From Azolla caroliniana (Eukaryota; Plantae; Polypodiophyta): a DNA stretch of 18,075 nucleotides. Both the position numbers and the translations under genes were made by a program. Where the stretch lies: the NCBI GenBank assembly GCA_043228905.1, contig JBHGNT010000669.1, positions 1 through 18,075 of the forward strand. Direction: 5' to 3'. The notes below the pieces were generated by a model. The model ran no database searches. It was given only the letters and a program-made list of their open reading frames with translations, and was not told where the DNA came from. Shown here piece by piece: positions 1-8,065 of this stretch. How positions within the stretch are numbered: position 1 is the first letter of the stretch; every line of letters begins with the position of its first letter.

Positions 1-199
1 AGAGTGGGACTTTTAGCCCAACAAAGATGTATTACATAATGAGCGCATGTCTATTAAGAGTGCACAAACAATGCCAATTTAAGTGGTTGAAACAAACTTT
101 GCAAGACAACAAATTGAGTGCACCTTTACTTGGTAGAACAAGATCAAGCTCTCACCATGCATCCAATAATTTTGTGGATTATTCCGTTGTTGCAACAGC

Positions 200-1365
200 A
201 TGTAATGAGGAGCCACTTACTTTTGAAGATGCATGTGATGATCCACATTGGATGAGTGTTATGCAATCAGAAATGGATTCCATTCATAAAAATGGTGCTT
301 GGCCGTATTGGTTGCCAAAAGATATGCACAACAATATGGCATTGATTATGAGGAACCTTTTGCATCCACTTCATACATGACTACCGTTCGTACCTGATGG
401 AGAGATATAGAAAAAGATAGAGAAGAGAAGAGGAAGAGAAAGGAGGACTGGGTCATGTGATGCAAAACTTGACATTCTTATGGCTGATTTGTAGCATACT
501 TTTGATGTCACTTATCTTGGTCTTTTGAGCTACTATCTTGGCATCCAGTTTGTATCCGTTGAGGGGGAATGGTTATGCATCAAGGAAAGTATGTTGAAAA
601 ACTACTTTAGTGTTTTGACTTTGAGGATTGCAAGCTGGTTTCTACACCTGTGGAGATAGGATTTAGGTTCTCAGTTGAGGATTCTAGTGATGCATTTGAG
701 ACTTCTCTTTATCAGCAAGTTGTGGGATGTCCTATATATGCAGGCAATACAAGGCCAGATATACAGTATACAGTTTCCCACTTTAGTCAATTCATGCATA
801 GCCCTGGCACTAAGCATTGGCTAGCAGTGAAACGGGTGTTTCGATATCTTAGAGGCACTTTGAGCTTGGGTCTCTTTTATGGCAGAGATACTCAGCCATG
901 CTTGCATGCTTTTACAGATAGTGATTGGGCTGGTTGTTACGATACTTGCATGTCCACTCGTGGTAACTGCTTTTTCCTTGGAAACTCATGTATATCTTGG
1001 TTTAGTAAAAAGCAACCTACATTGGCGACATCGAGTTGTGAAGCTGCGTATAGGGCAGTTTTCACAGCTCAGTGGAGTGTATATGGCTGAGACGCCTTTT
1101 GATGGATCTTTGCATGGAGATTTATGCTGCTACACATATTCTCATAGATAGTCAGAGTGCATTGGTTGTTGCACGAAATCCTGTATTTCATGCACATACC
1201 AAACATATTGAGGTGCATTATCACTATGTGAGAGAGTGAGCGCCTTCATGCAGGAGATATTGATTTGGCATATGTGCCTACACAAGGTAATGTGGCAAAC
1301 ATATTCACCAAAGCTCTTCCACAAGAGAAGTTTGAAGCTTTTCGCAAAGCTTTAGGTTTATTGCC
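200..1365 (+). mobile_element. Decayed Ty1/copia pol remnant (RT N-terminus, internal deletions, RT C-terminus and RNase H)
   Basis: EEPLTFEDA..W..MQSEMDSIHKNGAW (copia RT start); LVAKRYAQQYGIDYEEPFA in another frame; YQQVVGCPIY..TRPDIQY, HWLAVKRVFRYLRGT, FTDSDWAG, ISWFSKKQ, HAHTKHIEVHYHYVRE, NVANIFTKAL (RNase H). Frameshifts and stops; the YVDD core is missing. Confidence 0.95.
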
Positions 1366-1424
1366 TTGTGGGGGTTTATCTGTCACTCCCTGTATGTGTT
1401 CACATCATTCGCTTCAGGGGGGTT

Positions 1425-1708
1425 TGTTACACTTATGTGTTCCTTGAGTAGCTTTGATGTGGACCTTTTCCCTATACGTGGGCACTTTTTACTCTAGTGT
1501 TGGCTTGAGGTTTTCTCCCCATGTTACCACATACATGCTTCACTCATATGTGGTGTTACTTAGTATTTAGGGATATATTTTTCAGCTCTTACCTAAGTTT
1601 AAACATTATTCATCAATAGAGAGAGCTATTCCAACCATTATCTTCTCTATGTGAGTGTTGTGTTTGTACTTCTTGTGTGTGCTTCTTGTGTGTTTGTACA
1701 CTCCTACA
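1425..1708 (+). mobile_element. 3' LTR of the copia remnant, preceded by polypurine tract 1416-1422
   Basis: AGGGGGG PPT just after the RNase H end, then TGTTAC...; probable CA end at ~1708 (alternative 1719), abutting the gypsy remnant. Confidence 0.7.
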
Positions 1709-2720
1709 CACACCCAACAGGATCCTCCTCTGCTTTCATATCTTTGTTAGACACGTACACGGTGATAGCTTCCACTACATCAATTTCGAACAACGGAACT
1801 ATCCTTGGATTTTCCTCGAGGTAGCAGTACACCTTATCATCTACTAATCCGTCCAACATGTGGACTCCTACGTATAGTGGTGTCAGTTGCTTTGTGTTGG
1901 TCACGTGCTCTTGCGTCAATACCCGAACCTTGGTCTTTCCCCGTTAGAAACTAGTAATGTTCTTCTGCCAGTTTTGCTTAATGTGTGTGGTTCTCAGCCA
2001 TGGTCATCCTAGTAGCAAAGGATACGCCCCTAGCGTACTACCACCACAAAAATTTGGAATGGGTGTCCCCCCATGGCCATTTCAAGATTCCAGATAAGCC
2101 TTGTTGGTCAGACTGAACTAGTGTCTTCCATTCATAACTAGAATGGACATGGTTCCCATTCAAGAATGCCTAATTTATCACATGTGTTGTCACTGATTAC
2201 ATTCGCATCGAAAGCTCCATCAATTATTGTTCCCGACAGTTCCTTTCCTCAGATGATCATCGTCACCGTCGGATTATGCTCATCCATCACTGTGGGTCAA
2301 TCACTTGGATTTGTGAAGTATGTTGGGGCCAACGACGGCTTCTATTGGGTAATGATTGTCGTTAGTGTTTCCGTGATTTTGGGCACTAATTTAAGTAAGC
2401 CGGCTAATGGCAGGGTAATTTGGCATTGGGTCAATGCTTGCTAGGCGGGGTCCTTGTCTAATAATTGTATCACTGATTATGACTTTGATTCGGCCGATTG
2501 TTGTGCCAAGTCGTGTTGCATCTTTTCCACATTCTGTTGATTCACTTTTTCCACCAATTCCTTCACTGCCTTGCGCACTGCCTCTTGTGTGGCCCACTCA
2601 TCCAAATTCTCTTTTCGGCGTGTCATGACTTGCTAGACCTCAGCCACCTCTACTACCAACATGTTACTAATGGTGCTTTGCCTTTTTCCTTCTTTGGGCA
2701 TTGTGGAGCGTAATGCCCAT
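1709..2720 (-). mobile_element. Decayed Ty3/gypsy gag-protease region (retropepsin)
   Basis: Minus strand reads GKELSGTIIDGAFDANVISDNTCDKLGILEWEPCPF*L*MEDTSSV*PTRLIWNLE...AYPLLLG*PWLRTTHIKQNW. This is a degenerate aspartic-protease D-x-G motif plus the LLGRPWL motif typical of gypsy proteases, with many stops. Confidence 0.8.
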
Positions 2721-2726
2721 CCTTTC

Positions 2727-3191
2727 TGCAATGAGAGAAAACAGTTAGGAATACACATCGTAAGAGTAAGAGTAAGAGTAAGGGAGACTGAATGAGCAGA
2801 CAACAACATATCTATTACACGAAAAGACTCAATACTTACAATTGCGCTCATAGAGCACTTTTTATACAATCTTCTAACATAGGCTGACTCAAGTACTAAC
2901 AAGTACTTGAATGCTCATAACTAAGCATCTGACACTTATTCCCAAAAATATTCCTATTACTATGAATAGGTGCATCTGCCCTAATGGCCCGTCAGTTCCT
3001 GCCAATCTGGTCTAGTTGATTGGCCTTCGTCTGATCCGACTTTTGACTTCTTCAACCGGTCTGACCCTAGCCGACTAGCCTTCGTCCAATCTGGCTTCCG
3101 TCTTCTTCAACCAGTCGGCCCATGTTGAGCTTGTCTTCTTCAACCGAGCACAGAGATGACTCCGGCCTAACCGATTCGGCTGACAACAACA
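2727..3191 (-). mobile_element. Decayed LTR (family A), homologous to LTR 17227-17652
   Basis: 2852-2960 (gagcactttttatacaa..ggctgactcaagtact..gctcataa..cccaaaaatattcct) aligns to 17413-17515, and atgttgagcttgtct occurs in both. Contains ~55-bp imperfect tandem repeats at ~2995-3145. Ends approximate. Confidence 0.7.
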
Positions 3192-3275
3192 TATCATCTC
3201 TTTGTATTATCTATATGTTGTTTTCTTTCATTCATTACAGATTCTTTTGTATACGCCTACGCCATTATGGGGGAG

Positions 3276-3593
3276 TGTCGAATATGATAATATAATGGAC
3301 ATATTCACACTACCCCATTGGACAAACTAAAGTAGGCTATATTAGTAATTAGCATAAAGGATAGTTGCCCTAATTTGGTTAGTATATAACCAACTTGTAA
3401 CCTAGTTTGTAAGACGATGTTGCCATGTGAATAATACAATTATTGTTGTGTGCCTTATTTTTCCTCTCTCTACCTTCTTGTTTCTTATAGTTTGTTTTTG
3501 TCATCTCCGTTCATTTGTTTAATGTTCAACCACTTGTTGTCTTAATACATAGTGTTGTGTTTTACATCGTTATTGACAACCTTGTTCCCAACA
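3276..3593 (+). mobile_element. LTR (family B) with upstream PPT GGGGGAG (3269-3275)
   Basis: TGTCG...CCAACA termini and adjacent PPT; first ~130 bp homologous to the fragment starting at 16331. Confidence 0.75.
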
Positions 3594-3755
3594 CGAAGCT
3601 CTACCCGCAAGTTTTTTTTTCCTCTTTATCATCTCTATCTACATTTATTTCTTCTTCTTTCTTCTCCGGTCCATGTAATGAGACCAAGTTTCTACTCATT
3701 GTATTTACTTATTTTCTTAATTTGGTGTTGTTTATAATATATCTATATATATATA

Positions 3756-4415
3756 TGTTGAAAAACAGTGCTCGGCCGCAGCCGAGGAATAGGATCAACA
3801 CTTAGAAAACAGGAAATACAGAATGCACGAGACAATAGAGAGAAGAGTACACGGGATGTTTTACGTGGAAAAACCCTAACTGGGGAAAAACCACGGGAGT
3901 CCTCAAACTCCAACTATCACTATAGACAGAGATGTACAATGGTGAAGCTACAAGGCAACAACCTTGAGCTCACTGTCTTCGCCACAGGCGGCGGTAATAC
4001 ACAGAGGCAACGACCTCTTCGTCTCTCTCTCTCTCTCTCTCTCGGCTGCTCTCACTTCGCTCCCTCTTAGTGGAAAACAGAGAATGAGCAACAACATAAA
4101 CTGTCTGCCCTAAGTCATATTTATACACATATGACTTTCGGGCTATTTACAAATATAGCCTCAAGGGCTCTTAGCAAACATATTCACAAATATGTCCCCG
4201 CATCCGGATCTCTCTCCGGGTACATTCGTCATCCGGCTCCGTAACCGGGGTCTTCGTCATCCGGCTCCGTAACCGGGGTCTTCATCATCCGGCTCCGAAA
4301 CCGGGGTCTTCATCATCCGGCTCCGTAACCGGGGTCTTCAGCATCCGGCTCCGTAACCGGCTTGCCGTCATTTATCTCCGGGGACATCCCATCCGGAGGG
4401 ACCGAAATCCCAACA
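3756..4415 (-). mobile_element. Solo LTR (family C, copia Tork/Tnt1-like) with 5-bp target-site duplication ATATA
   Basis: TGTTG...CAACA termini, ATATA on both sides (3751-3755, 4416-4420). Homologous to 12910-13452, which lies next to a PPT and copia RNase H. Confidence 0.9.
4230..4360. repeat. 28-bp tandem repeat, ~4.7 copies (CATCCGGCTCCGTAACCGGGGTCTTCAT), inside the solo LTR
   Basis: Units start at 4230, 4258, 4286, 4314 and 4342, each with 0-1 substitutions from the consensus. Confidence 0.95.
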
Positions 4416-4446
4416 ATATATAGCGACAAACCTCACATCGATAGAC

Positions 4447-4598
4447 TTCAAAAAGAGTTACAAAGTAGCATAGAAATATTGCAAACATACCAAGAAGACC
4501 GTTTTATGTGGATTAAAGTCCTCACTACCAAGGACCAGGTAGTATTTCTTGTCATTTGTTACTTTCCCCCAAAAGGATGCCATTATAATATGGCTTGA
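4447..4598 (+). pseudogene. Short LINE APE-endonuclease fragment
   Basis: LQKELQSSIEILQTYQEDRFMWIKV...VFLVICYFPPK resembles the WI..(I/L)C(A/I)CYxPP strand of non-LTR retrotransposon endonucleases. Confidence 0.55.
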
Positions 4599-4963
4599 GA
4601 GGTGGGGTTAGCAAATCAAGGAGTACCATGCAGGCCTAATAGACGAGGAAAATAGGAATTAGAAAAAGCACCCCCTAATAGAAAGGAAACACCTCCTACA
4701 ATCAAGAAAATTAATGCCAGGCTTGAAAGAGAACTTAATGCCATAGAAATAACCGTAATATTCACGTCCCAAAACAAGGAGGATTAGTGCTTTGTTTCAA
4801 ATCACATGTTAAGTGGAAGAGGGATCTTGGAATCTCCCTAATACCCCAAAATTGCATAGAAGAAGAAGAAGAAGACTAAGCCCAAACCTTAAATTCATTT
4901 CTTCCCTTCCGTTCTCCTCCCGCACTCCAAAGGAAACCCCCCCCAAAAAATGAATAACAAATT

Positions 4964-5237
4964 TGTTGGGAAATAGGTCTATCCGGATGGGAAGGAAAGC
5001 ACGAGCCGAATCGGATGGAGTCGATAGGTAACTCGGTCAAGGCCGATAGGCCGAGGCCAAAAAATTGACTGACCCATAACCGATCGATAACCAATTTGGC
5101 TATTATCGGCTGAATCCAACTAGGCTATATTTGTAAATAGCCTAGATGTGCCCATTATGGCTATATTTGTAAATATAAATATAGTTAGGGCAAGTAGTTA
5201 TGATGTGAGAGCGAATGAAGCGAATCAATAGTGTAAC

Positions 5238-5285
<48 letters not shown>

Positions 5286-5540
5286 GTATAACTCCTCTGT
5301 AACCGTCTGTGGATGAGGAAGAACTCAAGGTTGTTGTCTTGTTGTTTCTTATTGTACATTCTTCTTACCTTAGTCACTCGTTCGGAGTTTGTGGACTCTC
5401 GTGGTATTTCCCTTTCAGGGTTTCCACGTTAAAAATACTTTTTCCTTTGTGTCAGTGCATCATTTATGTTATTTCAGTTTTCTATCATTCTCATTTGTGC
5501 TTGATAATTGATTGTGGCCGCTCCCATATTCATCATAACA
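4964..5540 (+). mobile_element. Diverged family C LTR in plus orientation, containing (GA)n at 5239-5282
   Basis: Starts TGTTGGGAAATAGGTCTATCCGGATGGGA (reverse complement of the end of 3756-4415); shares the GGCTATATTTGTAAATAGCC, ctcgtgg..agggtttccacgt and gtggccg blocks. No TSD seen. Confidence 0.8.
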
Positions 5541-5785
5541 AACACTCCATTCACTCCTACCTAGCCAAGCCAAACCTCCTACCTTTTCACCCTAGTAAAT
5601 TCGTTAACTACATGGGACATGCTCCTTTACTCATCATATTATTTTTCACATCCTTATACATCCAATCTATCACATCTTGAAGCCTTTTCCATTATTTTTC
5701 TACTCTTGGACCCGCCACGTCACAATAACATAATGTCACTACGATTTGAAAGTATATATATATATACCATGGTAGTGCAAATAGG

Positions 5786-5965
5786 ATTTGAAACCATTTT
5801 TGAATTTTTATGATAATTTTAGCATGTAAGAGAAGAGCATGTATATTGTTGCTATTGTAATTGCACTATGCCACAACAACATAATTGCACTACAATTCTT
5901 AGGATGATTTGAAACCATTTTCAATTCATTATGATACTTTTAGCATATAAGAGAAGAGCATGTAT
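5786..5965. repeat. Two ~59-bp direct repeats, period 121 bp
   Basis: ATTTGAAACCATTTT...TAGCATRTAAGAGAAGAGCATGTAT at 5786-5844 and 5907-5965. Confidence 0.85.
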
Positions 5966-6049
5966 TCAAACGATATAATTAAGTATGCATGAATAAATCA
6001 AGAGGATTATTAAGTATTGTTTTGTTTGTGAAGAACTGTTATCAAACGC

Positions 6050-6830
6050 AAGTTGTTTTAAGGGATACTTTTGGTTGACATATTGTTATTGAGATTTTCT
6101 GTAAGGATCAACTATTATGGATAGTAGGAGTGTATGCACGAAATGTTGCTAATAAAAGAAGATTATTGTCGTAATCTTTGTTGGCTACTCTTAGAGTTGA
6201 CAAACTAGGACTATTGAGGGGGGATCTCAATCCTTGTTGTGACAATGATTAGTCAACTTCAGTGCATTCTATCATGGATACTTTGGAATTATGTGCTTGG
6301 GATCAAATTATAGGTGAATATCGAGGGACCCTAGTTATATTTTTCATTTCATATATGAGCTAGTTGATTACTCTTTTCTCAAAAATTTGTCTAAAGATGA
6401 GGTGTGCTCTAGATATTTCAAATAATAATGTGTGTAAAGTATCTAGATATTATGGAAGGCAAAATGTATGTTTGAAGAATCAAATGTAACATGTACTAAC
6501 TATTTTGATAGAGAGATATAAGTGCATAGTCAATATCTGGCGAGATGGTGTAGATTCATTGAAAATCCAATCTATTCTATCAAAAACATCAACCATGGAT
6601 GCAAAAATAAAGAGTAATTAACAAATTTGTGAGCATAAGTTGAAGCAAGTGGTTATGGATAATAATTGTCAAAACACATTCTTTCTTCAATTCTCTTCAT
6701 GAGACCTGTGTTAAATGTACTATGGCTAAGAGTATATTTGGGCAATTAGATTATTTTGATCCACATATCATTGTTTGAGAATGTGAGGATCATTTCACAC
6801 ATTTATTTCATTCAGATTGGAATATTCATG
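6050..6830 (+). mobile_element. Heavily decayed L1-like LINE ORF2 (APE endonuclease) relic
   Basis: From 6109 in one frame: QLLWIVGVYARNVANKRRLLS*SLL...GLLRGDLNPCC...CAWDQ, matching L1 EN motifs (I/V)YAPN, R..LW and GDFN. A weak GD.N.KFF-like motif lies near 6655-6690. Not in the ORF track because of stops. Confidence 0.65.
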
Positions 6831-7364
6831 AGCATGTCAAATAAGCTACTAACATCTGTGTTTGGGATATAGGAAATCATGTAATTCATTACTTGTGCTC
6901 GCCCTTGAGTCGATTACTATTCGTAAATATGTTCATCAAGGATGCACTTTCAGTCTTTTCTTGTTTGCATGATTAACCGCCCTCTTTTAATACATTTTCA
7001 TTATTAGTCAGCATTGGATTGGGTATTAGATGGGATTTCTTTACCATCAAGAAATTCTTGTGTTTAAGCCTTAGTGGATGATCATGTTATACATTTGGGG
7101 ACACATTCATATATGTTGCAAAAGTTATGTAAGTGTGCTATCTGTTTGCTATTGTTTCAGATTCAAAATATAAATATGAGGAAATGAAATCTTATTTCAT
7201 GTACAAAGAAGAACTTAGAGAAGGTTGGATGGTTAGAGAGTCGACAAATGCATAGTAGAATCATCAACAGTGAATGATTGCCACATCTTCTCAGGATATG
7301 AGCTCCCACATCACACTGGCATTATGTTAAGCACTCGTATATACCAACAGACTATTTCCTTCAG

Positions 7365-7412
7365 TTATATGATCTTTACACTCAATAATGTCGATAAAGG
7401 AAATGGTCGGTC
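7365..7412 (-). CDS. Candidate terminal coding exon of 7TM gene (DRPFPLSTLLSVKII*)
   Basis: Acceptor ttcttttgaccctatgtag|GAC; followed by 3'UTR-like sequence. Confidence 0.35.
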   Translation of the reverse strand, partial: DRPFPLSTLLSVKII

Positions 7413-7765
7413 CTACATAGGGTCAAAAGAATGAAGTATATACAATACAAGGAGGTGTTCAATGAAACACTTTCATTTTTTAGGAAAAAGAAAGAAATCA
7501 TCGAAATACCTTTCTTCACCAAGTGTATACGTTATCACTGCAACAAAGAAAGGAAATAAATCAAATGTCATTTAATTTGTCAAGAGAATCAACCCGAAAT
7601 TTTCACAGCCATAAAATATATTGAAAACATTCCAGTATTGATAGGCCCTTACAAGACAGCTTAAAACACGCAATTGCAAAGTATGCTAGGTTAACTTAAA
7701 ACATTTAACTAAAATATGCCCCAGACAAAAGAAACTAAAACTGTAATAAATTTCCTTGGTTTTAC

Positions 7766-7803
7766 TTCTGGGCCAATCAAGAATGCCATTACTCTACTCA
7801 GAA
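7766..7803 (-). CDS. Candidate small downstream exon of 7TM gene
   Basis: Strong acceptor cttgttttgctttacag|; gives F-stop (phase 0) or VLSRVMAFLIGPE with donor |GTAAAA (phase 1). Confidence 0.4.
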
Positions 7804-8065
7804 CTGTAAAGCAAAACAAGGCATCGTGCGTCAAAGCAGGATATGAAAGCATTGCATATAAATAATATCAAAGAAATTGTATAGATAGATAGTTAGGTAG
7901 CTAATAGTGTGTTTTCTAAGCTTTAAGGTCATGGGTATCACAAAAAAAAAAACATCTCTATTTTGATCTTGACACCCAGACAGAGTTGAAGAAAACCATT
8001 GAGGAAAAGCAATCATGGCATCATGATTTTGTATGAGGCAAATGCTAGACAGTAAAACTAAGAAA

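Noticed and set aside
3515-3805. Hydrophobic ORFs at 3515-3805 and 5309-5680 as membrane proteins
   Set aside because: Produced by T-rich LTR/low-complexity sequence spanning element boundaries.
4230-4360. CRISPR-like array
   Set aside because: Head-to-tail repeats without unique spacers, inside a eukaryotic LTR, no cas genes.
4362-4598. 78-aa ORF as a gene
   Set aside because: Chimera of an LTR end and a LINE endonuclease fragment, starting at a non-ATG codon.
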